This document shows positions 29,494-54,776 of a stretch of 64,000 bases of DNA, piece after piece. The stretch lies in assembly GCF_009914755.1 (NCBI RefSeq), contig NC_060943.1; one strand, written 5' to 3'. The notes below the pieces were generated by a model. That model saw only the letters and a list, made by a program, of their open reading frames with translations. It was not told where the DNA came from and ran no database searches. Within the stretch, counting starts at the first letter, position 1, and each line of letters starts with the position of its first letter. This stretch comes from the human T2T-CHM13v2.0 reference genome, Homo sapiens. The position numbers were made by a program, and so were the translations under genes.

Positions 29494-30897
29494 TAGCTGG
29501 GATTACAGGCATGTACCACCATGCCCAGCTAATTTCTATATTTTTAATAGAGATGGCGTTTCACCATATTGGGCAGGCTGCTTTCAAACCCCTGATGTCA
29601 AATGATCCACCCGCCTCAGCCTACTAAAGTGCCGGGATTACAGGCGTGAGCCGCTGCACCTGTTCAGATATATTACTTAAGAGTGTGAAGTGGCCAGTCA
29701 TGGTGTCTCACACCTGTAATCCCAGCACTCTGGGAGGCCAAAGTGTAAGGACTGCTTGATTCCAGGAGTTCAAGAGCAGCCTGGACAACACAGCAAGGTC
29801 TTTTTCTACATACATGCACACACACACACGCACACATACACATGCACACAAGGGAAAAAAATTTAAAATATATAAAAAGAGAGTTAAATGGGAAAGAAAC
29901 TTGCACTCAGGCCATTTGTGGTTATACCAATATGACCAGGCATCCAGGTGGCAAATCACACTGGGCCTTAATTTTTGGCCTTACACTACATCGTAGCTGA
30001 CACCATCCAGAGTGTATGGCCCATTCAAACCGATCCAATATTACCACAGAATTGCAATTCTATTGGATCCTAAAAGGAGCGGTGGTCTCAAGTAATTCTG
30101 TGAGGACCTCCTTGCATGGCTCCACAGAAACACAGAACCATGTGTGGCTTCAGCTATCCATGACCCTATTCCACTTCTGTGCTACACTTGCCAGCCCCTC
30201 AGCAATGATGACCTTTCCCTCAATTACTTCTGTACTTCTGCCTGCATCTCATCTCTATTATCTCCATGGAAGTCTGCCCCACGACAAGCTATGCCCTCTG
30301 ATACACCCTACATTCATTGTCACTTACCTCCCTCTCCTGTGTGAATGCATAACACAGGTTATGAATGCCAATAATGTCCGCCAGGGACCCAGGCAAAACA
30401 TCTAGTCCTCAGCCTCCAACCAGTCCTTTCTGGTTCCCTAAAAGATTTACTACCTTATTATGAAGTGTGCCCTCCAAAATGGGACCCATGGCTAACGCAC
30501 CTTAGTCCACACATTAGCTATCATATACTGGATGTCTCCAATATCAATTCCTTCCCAGATATCCCAACCTATGTGGACAAGCATCTCAGGGTCTGAGCAT
30601 GGTGAAAACAACCCTCCTTATATTCCCAGTGACTATATTATGCCTACTCCCAACTTGCTCATCTCAGCTGATACAGCTTCTATCACTGCTGCTGCTAAGG
30701 CCAAAACCCCTAGGGTTGCCAGGCACGGTGGCTCGAGTCTGTAATCCCAGCACTTTGGAAGGCTGAGGTGGGTGGATCACCTGAGGTCAGGAGTTCAAGA
30801 CCAGCCTGACCAATACGGTGAAAAACTCTGTCTCTACTAAAATTACAAAAATTAGCCGGGCGTGATGCCGTGTGCCTCCTGTGGTCCCAGCTACTCA

Positions 30898-30999
<102 letters not shown>

Positions 31000-31449
31000 C
31001 TAAAAAAAAAAAAAAAGCAAAAACAAAAAACCCCCAGCGTCATACCTGAAACCCTCTTGCATGTCCTTACCGACCGCATTAGAAAATCTAGCTGCTCCTT
31101 TACCAAATGTAAATCACAATTCTAGCGACATCTCCTTGGCCAACAATCATCCATTAAACCTCACCTGGATGACAGAATGAGCCTCAACGCTGTCTTCCTT
31201 CTCCTCCCTTAACCCCATGTTCCTTTCTCCAATGTGGAGCCAGGCAGAGAAGTAACATCACCTCCCCACTCTGATCAGTTTTATCTCTGAGCATTTCACA
31301 TACTGCTACCAAATCCAAGGCTGACCTTCTAAGTGTTTACACAGTTTCACTGAAATGGGAATACCTCCATACCACCTGCGTTATGGACTTAGGGCCTAGG
31401 GTTTAGGGTTTCTCTAGTGTTTCCGGTTGAAAGGACTGAGCTCGAGAGG

Positions 31450-36996
<5,547 letters not shown>

Positions 36997-37382
36997 GAGT
37001 CCCACAACGCCACAAGCTAGAGAACATATAGGTCGGGGTCAGTACCAGTGAGGGAATGGAACACTCTCCACTTCCTTATCTGAGTTCCTAAAATGCTTCT
37101 AAGTGCTTGGAGGAGAGGCAGACATTACAGGAATGTGTCCCTGATAGGATGTGATAAGCTCAGACCTCCAGGTACCCCTCCTTGGCCCTGGAGTCAGGTG
37201 ACCTCAGACTGCTTGTCTGACCTGCATGCCTCAATGTAAAATGTCATCTCTGCCACCTATGTGATCTACAACAAAGATTCAACCTCCCAGGGCCCCACGG
37301 TGCTCATCACTTCTCTCCACTCTGTTCTTCCTTTGATTGGCCTTCGGAAAACCTTTAAAATCCAGATTTTGATCCTGTCCTT

Positions 37383-39309
<1,927 letters not shown>

Positions 39310-39668
39310 TCCCTCCTTTCTTCGAAAATCTCCATGCCTTCTAGGGTCCTCACGTGAGTTCATAGCCCCCAGCCTGCTTGCTCTTCCAGGAGGAGCTCCG
39401 CCTCATAATTTGCTCCCAACAGGCACCTGTGGACCCCAGATTCCATCCTTCTGGCTCAGTTCACTTCCAGGCCTTTGCCCGCGCCAGTCCCTGTACCTGC
39501 CGGTCTCCCCACCGCATCCCACGGGTGTCAGAAATGGGGCCCCTCCCGCAAGCGCCTCAGTGTCCCAACGCCGGCGTCCGGGCTGCAGAGCCGTGAACAG
39601 GCGCTGCTACCTCGCTGCTTTTGGGTGACGATGAGGTGACCTGAGGACACAGAAGGCCCCACAATTAC

Positions 39669-39704
39669 CTGAGCGGAGAGCCTCAGCGTAGCCGCGGCAG
39701 CCAT
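39669..39704 (-). CDS. ZNF814: ZNF814 coding exon 1 (MAAAATLRLSAQ)
   Basis: ATG at 39704 on the minus strand, donor CAG|GTAATT. Homologous to ZNF587 exon 1. Confidence 0.9.
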
Positions 39705-40070
39705 CGAACCACGTGGTTTTAAGCAGAGTCGGGAGGATAGGGCGACCAGCCAGGAGATATGGGCACGACGGTCCGTATCCTGGCCCAGGAGTGGGTCACG
39801 CTGGGCGCCGTCACAGAGCTCCAGAGTAGCCTCTGTGCAGCGGAGGACAACTGCTCCCCGACTTCTGGGTTCAGTCACCACAGTGCGGACCTAGCGCTCA
39901 GGAGCCTCTCCTACAAATAAATCCAACACCAATCAAAATGGCCGCCACCAGAGGGCGCCGGAAGTCCGGACCCATTGTCACGTGCACACAGGAAACGCCT
40001 TTATTCTGAGCCCTCAGAGGTCTTCTACGCTATCATTCGAGGCTGAGTTTTCTGGGTAATGTAGTTCCCT
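39705..40070 (-). promoter_or_regulatory. ZNF814: ZNF814 CpG-island promoter
   Basis: AACTACATTACCCAGA (40051-40066, minus), CACGTG, CCGGAAGT (39958-39965), CCACCAGAGGGCGC (39945-39958), CAAAATGGCCGC (39934-39945), CCAAT (39929). Confidence 0.82.
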
Positions 40071-41065
40071 AGGCAACAAGGAGGGTAAAGGGCGCAATTC
40101 CCAGAGGCGCTTCTGCAGGAAAAGCCCAGCTTCACCTCGGGAGTATCCTTAAGATGTGCGTCCTGACTGGTATGGTGGCTCCCGCCTGTAATTCCACCAG
40201 TTTGGGAGGCCAAGTCACAAGGATCATTTGAGGTCAGGAGTTAGAAATTAGCCTGAGCAACAAAGCAAAATCCTGTCTCTACAAAAAATAAAAAATATTA
40301 GCGGAGTGTGGTCGGGCGGGCCTGTGGTCCCAGCTGCCCTAAGGTTGGGGTTAGGGTTAGGGAGCCTGAGGAGGGAGAATCGCTTGAGCTCAGGAGTTCG
40401 AAGCTGCTGTAAGCCGAGATCGTACCACTGCATTCCAGCCTGGGCAACAGAACGAGACCTCTTATCTAAAAAATAAAAATAAGGGCCAGGTGCGGGCGGC
40501 TCACGCCCGTAATCCCAGCACTTTGGGAGGCCGAGGCAGGTGGAACACCTGAGGTCAGGAGTTCAAGACTGGCCTGGCCAACATGGTGAAACCCCGCCTC
40601 TACTAAAAATACAAAAATTAACCCACATGGTGACATGCGCCTGTAATCCCAGCTACTGGGGAGGCCGAGGCAGGAGAATCTCTTGTACATGGGAGTCAGA
40701 GGTTGCGGTGAGTGAGATCCTGCCACTGCACTCCAGCCTGGGTGACACAGCAAGACTCCATGTTGGAAAAAAAAATAAAAATAAAAATAAAAAAATAAAT
40801 AAAAGATTGCAGATCTTTCTCCTAGGCAGAGGATCATCCTGCCTCTCCTTGGAACTCACATTGAGATTTCTTGGGATTATTGGCTGTAACTGATTACCCT
40901 AGTGTATGGAAAAATATTATTTCAGAGTTAGTGTAGATGTTCCCAAAGGCTACAGATCCAAATTCACCTATCATTTCAGATGGTCCTTCAGATGCAAAAT
41001 TCTTCCACTGGAAGCAAAGATTAATGCAAAGATTAATAACCATTATTGTATTGTTAAAATGAACG

Positions 41066-41680
41066 TGTAAACACCCAGAGGGTTCATTTTTCCCACTGCC
41101 CAGATAAAGCCAATTTATCAGGACAGGGAAATTGCAAAAGAAAAAGAGTTTTATTCACACAGAGTTGGATGAACAGCATACTGGAGTCTTACTAGTATTA
41201 CTCAAATCAGTCTCCCTGAAAATTGCGAGACTGGGGTTTTTTGTTGTTGTTGTTGTTTATTTGTTTGTTTGTTTTCTGAGACAGAATTTTGCTCCTGTTG
41301 CCCAGGCTGAAGTGCAATGTCACGATCTCAGCTCACTGCAACCTCCGCCTCCTGAGACTGGGGTTTTTTAAGGATAATTTGGTAGATAGGGGGCCATGAA
41401 TTGGGGAATGCTGATTGGTTGGGTTGGAGATGAAATCATAGGGAGTCAAAGTTGTTCTCTTGTGCTGAGTGGGTTCTGGGGGAGAGGGAGGCACAAGACC
41501 AGATAAGCCAGTTTACCCATCTGAGTGGTGCCATCAGATCCATCAAGTTCAGGGTCTGAAAAATATCTCCAGCACCAATCTTAGCTTTTGCAATGGTGAT
41601 ACCATCCCTAGGAACAACTGGGGATGTTTACAGTCTTGTGGCCCCTGGCTGCATGACTCCTAAATGATAATTTCTAATCT
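41066..41680 (-). mobile_element. LTR8-family LTR fragment
   Basis: Similar to the element at 1119-1490 (TGTAAACACCCAGAGGGTTCA...CAAATCAGTCTCCCTGA). Confidence 0.6.
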
Positions 41681-41787
41681 ATGGGGCCCTAATAAATCAG
41701 TAAGTTAACAGGAATTGGGAAGGAGCCAAGCTGGCAGAACAAGAACCTAACCCCATCTGCAACCTCTTTGTGGGAAGAAACCACAGC

Positions 41788-42934
<1,147 letters not shown>

Positions 42935-42954
42935 TGAGCCACTGCACCCGGCCC

Positions 42955-46890
<3,936 letters not shown>

Positions 46891-46895
46891 CATAG

Positions 46896-47041
46896 TGTCA
46901 GGAATAACGCTCAAAATTTTAAGGAAATTGAACACTCGAACAAACGATTTTTAGCAAAGAAATTTTACGTTTGCACAGAGGGGTGCCTCTTTGGCCAGTC
47001 GCCATGAGAGCGCACCTGAAAAAAGGGGCACGAGAGCCTTT
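46896..47041 (-). mobile_element. 3' terminal fragment of an LTR (LTR6-like), truncated by a deletion
   Basis: TGTCAGGAATAACGCTCAAAA...GGGGCACGAGAGCCTTT resembles the recalled antisense LTR6 U5 and stops abruptly. Confidence 0.5.
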
Positions 47042-47093
47042 GAGCGAGCCACTTTTGTGAGCGAGACTCCATCTCAAAAAAAAAAAAAAAAAA

Positions 47094-48560
47094 AGAATTG
47101 GCAGAGATTTTAAAAAGGCTTATAAAGAAGGAGCCAAAATTCCAGTTTCTGATTGGTTGGTGTGGGCATTGATAAAGGCTGCTCTTGAGCCATTTCAAAC
47201 AGATCACGAGACAGATTCAGATGAGGAAGACAAGTGTGTAAAAAACTAACTTCAGATTCTGAATGCGAGGAGCAAAAACCAGAGGAAATTAAGAAAGGGA
47301 AACTGAAAAGGGTATGTTTTACTAACCCATCAGCTCCACCTGCTGAATTAAGTGAATGGCCACCTCCTTTCCCTCCCCATAATGGGCGAGAAAATGAATT
47401 AGCTGTAAAATTTACTGCTCCTGTAGTTGCAACATTAAAATCTGGAGCAATTGGTGGTGCTATACAAAATTCTATTCAAAAGGCTAGAGCTGAGGGAGAC
47501 CTTGAAGCATGGCAATTTCCTGTTACTATCACCCAGCAAGGAGGGAAAAATATAGCTAGTTGGGCCACATTTTCTTTTAAGCTATTAATGGAATTTAAGC
47601 AAGCCATTAGTCAATATGGGCCAAATTCTCCTTTTGTACAAACTTTACTAAAAAATGTGGCTCTGAATAATAGATTGATAAAATATGACTGGGATACTTT
47701 AACAAAATCTGTTCTCACTCTATCTCAGTACTTACAGTTTAAAACCCGGTGGGCTGATGAAGCTCAAACTCAGGCAAGGGAAAAAACACAAGCACAGCCA
47801 TCTGTGCCTGTTTCCTTTCAACAGTTAAAGGGAGTCAGTCCTAATTGGGGTCAATTAGAAAATCAAGCAGTAATGGAGAATGTTGCCATTGTTCAGTTAT
47901 GCACTGTGTGCTTACGGGCATGTGACAGAATAAATGTTACAGGAGAAAAATATCCTTTTTTCAGTTCTGTCTGACAAGGACCTAAAGAACCATATACTGA
48001 TTTTATTGCTCAGCTCCAGGAGGCTGTGAATAAGGCCATAACTGACAAAACAGCTCAAGATGTTGTAATACAGCTTCTTACATATGAAAATGCTAATACA
48101 GAGTGTCAAAATGCTATTAGACCTATGAGAGGGAAGGCTCATTTGGCTGAATATATTAAGGCTGGTGATGGCATTGGGGGTAACTTACACAAGGCTACTC
48201 TTTTAGCTCAAGCTATGGCTGGATTAAAGGTGGGAAAAATACGCCCCATTTTTCAGGCTCTTGCTTTAATTGTGGGCAATTTGGACACACAAAAAAGGAA
48301 TGTAGAAAAGGAAATCAAAAGGCAAAACTATTACCATCAATCAACAGAAAAGTCCCGATGTATACCCCCGGTATAAGAAAGGCAATCCCTGGACAAGACA
48401 GTGTCATTCTAAATTTAGTAAAGATGGACAACCTCTTTTGGGAAAAGGGAAGAGGGGCACACCTCAGGCCCCTCAACAAACCAAGGCATATCCGCACAGT
48501 CAGTGCCCTTACAAACGTACAACAATTGTCCCCCGCCACAGCAGGCAGTGCTGCCATGTA
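47094..48560 (+). pseudogene. gag: ERV gag (end of MA, CA, NC), disrupted
   Basis: AWQFPV, FKQAISQYGPNSPFVQTLL, QGPKEPYTDF (MHR), YENANTECQNAIRP, CFNCGQFGH knuckle. Stops and frameshifts present. Confidence 0.85.
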
Positions 48561-49364
48561 TCTCTGCAGCACAATTCCCACTCCCTACTTCCTGGGGAGC
48601 CACCAAAGAAGGTCCCCATGGGTGTTAGGGGCCCTTTACCCTCAGAAAAAGTTGGTCTATTGCTTGGAGGGTCTAGCTTAAATTTAAAAGGTGTCACTGT
48701 ACATAGAGGAATAATTGATTCTAATTATGCCAGAGAGATTCAACTAGTTGTTAGTTCCTCAACTCTGTGGTCTGTTTCCCCAGGAAAAAGAATTGCTCAG
48801 TTGTTGCTGTTACCTTATACAAAACTGGGAAACAGCACTGTAAAAAGAACAGGAGGCTTTGGTAGTACTAACTCAGCAGGGAAAGCTGTATATTTGGTTA
48901 ATTGAATGTCTGATAAGAGACCTATTTGTACAGTAACCATCCAAGGAAAGGACTTTGAAGGGTTAGTAGATACTGGAGCTGATGTTTCTATTATTGCTTT
49001 AAATCAATGGCCCTGACACTGGCCCAAACAAAAGGCATCCATTGGTATTGTTGGAGTAGGAGCTGCTTCAGAAGTTTTTCAAAGTTCCTTAATTTTGCCA
49101 TGTCTAGGGCTGGATGGCCAAGAAGGGACAATTCAACCTATTATTACAGCTATTCCTGTCAATTTATGGGGAAGGGGCATATTGCAACAATGGGGTGCTG
49201 AAATATCTATTCCTATGGATCAGTATAGTAATAACAGTAAACAAATGATGAGAAAAGTGGGATATCTCCCAGGAAAAGGATTAGGAAAGAATGAAAGTGA
49301 CCAACCAGAACCTTTAGAACTAAAAGGGCGAACAGATCGAACCGCATTAGGGTATCATTTTTAG
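48438..49364 (+). pseudogene. pro: ERV dUTPase-protease, disrupted
   Basis: GIIDSNY, RIAQLLLLPY, RTGGFGST (dUTPase); GLVDTGADVS, NLWGR and G-patch GYLPGKGLGK. Internal stops. Confidence 0.87.
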
Positions 49365-51739
49365 GAGCGGCTATTGCTGAGCCTCCAGCTCCCATTCCTC
49401 TTGTTTGGTTAACTGCCAAACCAGTTTGGGTGGAGCAATGGCCGCTGAAACAGGAAAAAACTGGAGGCTTTAAAAGAATTAGTACAGGAACAATTGCAAA
49501 AGGGACACATAGAGCCTACTTTCTCTCCTTGGAATTCTCCTGTTTGTTATTAAGAAAAAAATCAGACGGACGCGGTGGCTCACGCCTGTAATCCCAGAAC
49601 TTGGGAGGCCAAGGCGGGTGGATGGCAAGGTCAAGAGATTGAGACTATCCTGGCTAACACAGTGAAACCCTGTCTCTACTAAAAATACAAACATTAGCCG
49701 GGTGTGGCGGCATGTGCCTGTAGTCCCAGCTGCTGGGGAGGCTGAGGCAGGAGAATGGCTGAACCAGGGAGGCGGAGCTTACAGTGAGCTGAGATCGTGC
49801 CACTGCACTCCAGCCTGGGTGACAGGGCCAGACTCTGTCTCAAAAAAAAAAAAAAAAAAGAAAAGAAAAAATCAGGTAACTGGAGAATGTTAACAGATTT
49901 AAGGGCTGTTAATGCTGTAATTCAACCCATGGGCTCACTGCAACCAGGGCTGCCCTCTCCAACAATGATTCCAAAATACTGGCCTCTAATATTGCTTATT
50001 TACCATTCCTTTAGCTACCCAAGATTATGAAAAATTTGCTTTTACTGTTCCCGCTATAAATAACAAAGAATCAGCGGATACCATTGGAAAGTACTCCCAC
50101 AAGGCATGTTAAGTAGTCCAACTATTTGTCAAACTTATGTTGGAAAAGCTATTAAGCCAGTTAGAGAACAATTTAAAAAATGTTATATTATCAATTACAT
50201 GGATGATATTTTATGTGCAGCTGACACTAGGGAGGAATTAACACTATGCCACAAACAGAAAAGTCTGTAACTGCTGCAGGACTAATCATAGCCCCCCATA
50301 AAATCCAAACTTCTACTCCCTTTCAATATTTAGGAATGAAGGTAGAACAAAGTGCTACTAAGTCTCGAAAGGTTCAAATTCAAAGAGATAATTTAAAAAC
50401 TTTAAATGACTTTCAAAAATTATTAGGAGACATTAATTGGATTTGTCCAACTTTAGGCATTCCTACCTATGCTATGTCTCACCTTTTTTCTGCCTTACAA
50501 GGTGATTCTAACTTAAACAGTAAATGCTCCCTGTCCAAAGAGGCATTAGGGGAACTTCAATTACTTGAAGAAAAAATTCAACAAGCACAAGTGAAACGAA
50601 TTAACCCTATGCAGCCATTACAGTTTTTAGTTTTTCCTACTAAACATTCACCTACAGGAGTTATTGTTCAACAGAATGATCTGGTGAAGTGGCTTTTTCT
50701 ACCTCACAATACAACCAAAACGCTTACTCTGTATTCAGATCAAATTGCTGTACTAATAGGACAAGCAAGGCTGCACACAACAAAGTTAATGGGATATGAT
50801 CCAAATCAAATTACAGTTCCAGTAAACAAACAACAAATTCAGCAAACTTACATTAATTCCCAGGAATGGCAAGTTAATTTGGCAGGTTTTGTTGGCATTC
50901 TTGATAATCATTATCCTAAATCTAAGATATTTCCATTTCTAAAATTAACATCCTGGATATTGCCTTCTATTACTCAAAAAGCCCCTAATGAAGGGGCCAT
51001 TACTGTTTTTACTGATGGGTCTAGTAATGGATAAGCCTCATTTGTGGGACCTCAACAACAAGTTTTTCAAACTGACTTTGCTTCTGCTCAAAGGGCTGAA
51101 CTTATTGCTGTAATTACAGTACTGAAAACTTTAAAAAAGCCAGTTAATATTGTTTCTGATTCAGCTTATGTGGTGCAAATCACACAAAATATTGATGAAC
51201 AACTTAATCTTTTATTTCATTCTTTACAACAAGCAGTACAACAAAGACATTCCCCTTTCTATATTACTCATATGAGAGCACATACTAACCTCCCTGGTCC
51301 TTTTAACTTAATCAAAGGGCGGATGCACTGGTTTCTGCAGCTTTTGCCGATGCACAAACGTTCCATTCCTTAACCCATCTTAATGCTGCAGGCCTCAGAA
51401 AAAGATACGGCTTATCCTGGAAGCAGGTTAAGGAGATTGTAAAACACTTTTCTGCCGGTGAAGTCCTGCATCTGCCACATCAGGGAGCAGGAGTTAACCC
51501 TAGAGGTCTATCTCCAAATTCCATCTGTCAGATGGACATAACACACATTCCCACTTTTGGAAAATTGTCCTTTGTTCATGTTTCAGTAGATATTTATTCA
51601 CATTTTATCTGGGCCACATATCAAACAGGGGAAGCTACAGCTCATGTTAAAAAACCTTTTTTTTGCTTTGCAGTTATGGGAATCCCAGAAAAAACCAAAA
51701 CCGATAATGGCCCAGAGTATTGCAGCAAAGCCATGGCTG

Positions 51740-51786
<47 letters not shown>

Positions 51787-52530
51787 AGACGGAGTCTTGC
51801 TCTGTCGCCCAGGCTGGAGTGCAGTGACCAATCTCGGTTCACTGCAAGCTCCGCCTCCCGGGTTCACGCCATTCTCCTGCCTCAGCCTCCCGAGTAGCTG
51901 GGACTACAGGCACCCGCCGCTGCGCCCGGCTAATTTTTTTTGTATTTTTAGTAGAGACGGGGTTTCACCGTGGTCTTGATCTCCTGACCTCGTGATCCGC
52001 CCGCCTTGGCCTCCCAAAGTGCTGGGATTACAGGCGTGAGCCACCGCGCCCAGCAGCCATGGCTGCATTTTAACAGCAGTGAAATATTACTCATACTACA
52101 AGTATTCCATATAACTCACAGGGACAAGAGATAGTTGAAAGAGCTCATTGTTAACTTAAAAACTCAGTTACAAAAACAGAAAGAGGGAGACCAGGTATAT
52201 AAAACCCTACATATACAATTACACCTCGCTTTATTAACATTAAATTTTTTAAATTTACAAAAGGATCAGCCCATGACAGCAGCTGAACAACACTTAACAG
52301 GACAAAAGGAAAATAAAAATGCCAGACAAGATATACAGTGGAGGGATGCACATACAAAGAGTTGGGAAAAAGGAAAAATAATTACATGGGGAAGAGGATT
52401 TGCTTCTGTCTCTCCAAGTGACAATCAGGTGCCTCTGTGGGTGCCCACCAAACATCTGAAGGTCTATCATGAGCCACACCAGGAAGAGAGGACTCTGGGA
52501 AGAGCCAGAACTCCCTATACGAGTGATGGC
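49365..52530 (+). pseudogene. pol: ERV pol (RT-RNaseH-IN), disrupted by frameshifts and two AluY insertions
   Basis: [20 protein letters not shown] (50196-50207), [48 protein letters not shown]. Confidence 0.88.
51742..52054 (-). mobile_element. Young AluYd-type element in integrase
   Basis: 44-nt pure A tail, perfect TSD AGCCATGGCTGCATT, CpGs retained, and a 12-bp left-arm deletion (TTCACCG^TGGTCTTGATC). Confidence 0.8.
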
Positions 52531-54776
52531 ATGAATGAAAATCTCAGAGACAAAGGAAAAGACCAAGAATACTCACCAGGCAGACCCTCCAACATGGGGA
52601 CAAATCAGGAAACTGGCACAGATGGCAGAGGACAATCTGAGAGCACAGAACAAATCAAAAACAACTAGTAACCTAATGGTGGCTATGATGGTGGTACTTA
52701 CTGTGGCGGTAAGCCTCCCTACTGTAAAAGCAACTCAAAATTTTACTTATTGGACTTATGTCCCATTTCCTCCTTTAATTAGGTCTGTGAGTTGGATGGA
52801 CCCTATTATTGAGGTGTACAACAATGACAGAACCTCGATGCCTGAGCCCATAGATAACAGAGTGCCGATGCATCCTAATGAGGAAGGGATGAAAATGAAT
52901 ATATCAATAGGATATAAATATCCTCCAATATGCCTAGGACCTGCTGCTGGATGCTTACAAATTGGCACACAAGTATGGTTGGCAGTAATCCCTGGAAAAA
53001 ATAAATCACAGGCTACTTTATATATGATTTCAGGGCAAAGTTTAAAATATAACCATTCCAGCCCTGAAACTCAGCAGTTCTGACCAGACAAACTCGAATG
53101 TAAACAAAATAGAGTTTGGTTTGAAGGTGTGGACGCTTGGCATTGGGGAAATTGTGTAGCAAGTAAGGCTGGGGTGCTACAAAATAATTCCTATGGAATC
53201 GTCATTGACTGGTCCCCTAAGGGGATTTTTAAGAAAAATTGCACTGAAGGGCCTTCTTATAAAATAAGCTGATGGACTCATTGGAAAGAGAACCATACAC
53301 GGTACATTCAGACGGAAGCTGATGTTCCTATTATATGGAGCCCTGGTGGCATTATCACCCCTATTCCAAAAATGATATCTCCTGCCATAGGACAGGAACA
53401 TTCAGGATTATGGAAATTAGCTATGGCTCAAAGTTCAATCACAATTTGGGAGGGTAAATATAATAAGTATAAAGGGGAGGGAGGTAAATATAAATATGTT
53501 CTCTCTTTTCTTTCTAACAGGACCTTTTGGAATCAAAATTGTGTCCGACCACCTTTTACGTTAGCAGTAGGAAATATTACTCTTCTTTTTTTTTTTTTGA
53601 GACCGGAGTCTCGCTCTGTCCCCCAGGCTGGAGTGCAGTGGTGTGATCTAGGCCCACTGCACGCTCTGCCTCCCTGGTTCATGCCTTTCTCCTGCCTCAG
53701 CCTCCCGAGTAGCTGGGACTACAGGCGCCCACCACCATGCCCGGCTAATTTTTTGTGGCTTTTTATTTATTTATTTTTTTTAGTAGAGACGGAGTTTCAC
53801 CGTGTTAGCCAGGATGGTCTTGATCTTCTGGCCTCATGATCCGCCCGCCGCAGCCTCCCAAAGTGCTGGGATTACAGGTGTGAGCCACCCCGCCAGGCCG
53901 GAAATATTACTCTTTACATAAATACCCGTTTTATCACCTGCCAGGAATGTCACTTGTTTACTTGCATTAACGACATCTTGATAAAAATCAAACTATCTTG
54001 TTAATTAGAGCCAGAGAAGGAGTTTGGATCCCTGTGTCTCTAAATAGACCATGGGAGGCATCACCGTCCATTCACATTATAACTGAGATCCTTACAAAAC
54101 TCTTATCCCGTTCAAAAAGATTTATAGTTGCTCTTATATTTGCTATAATTGGCCTCACTGCAGTTACCACCACTGCTGCAGTAGCTAGTGTGGCTTTACA
54201 CTCATCTGTGCAAACTGTCAAATTTGTTGATAAATGGAAAAAGAATTCTATGAAATTATGGAGCTCTCAGGCCCAAACAGATCAAAATATAGTTAGTCAA
54301 ATTAATGATCTCCCTCAGACAGTAATTTGGATGGGGGATTGCATCATAAGTTTAGAAACTAGAATTCAAATGCAATGTGACTGGAATACATCCGATTTTT
54401 GCGTTACTCCTCATAGTTAGAATGAAACAGAACACCAATGGGAAATTAAATGCCATCTAGTGGGCAGAGAGGAAAATCTCACCCTTGATATTGTAAAAGT
54501 AAAAGAGCAGGTTTTTGAAGCCTCTCAGGCTCACTTAACCCTGCTCCCTGGAACTGATATTTTCAGCGAGGCAGCCAATGGGTTGTCTGCAATCAATTCT
54601 CTTAAATGGATTAAGACCACTGGAAACTCTACACTTGTAAATTTTGTTCTAATAATTATGTGCTTGTGCTGTCTCCTTTTAATCTACAGATGCGGAAGCC
54701 GCTTCTGGAGAGAAAGCCGCTGCCAAGAACAAGCAATGATAGCTGTGGCGGTTTTGCAGGACAAAAAAGGGAGACA
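52469..54776 (+). pseudogene. env: ERV env, disrupted (stops, AluY at ~53585-53899)
   Basis: PPTWGQIRKL leader, YWTYVPFPPLIR, YKYPPICLG, furin site [18 protein letters not shown] and a TM segment. Confidence 0.88.

Noticed and set aside
31388-31412. TTAGGG-like run TTAGGGCCTAGGGTTTAGGG
   Set aside because: Aligns with ordinary paralogous intron sequence in ZNF587 (~3085-3110), so this is a chance resemblance.
48438-48905. Possible functional ERV dUTPase ORF (155 aa)
   Set aside because: Motif 1 lies in another frame and motif 2 RSS is GSS, so it is probably inactive.
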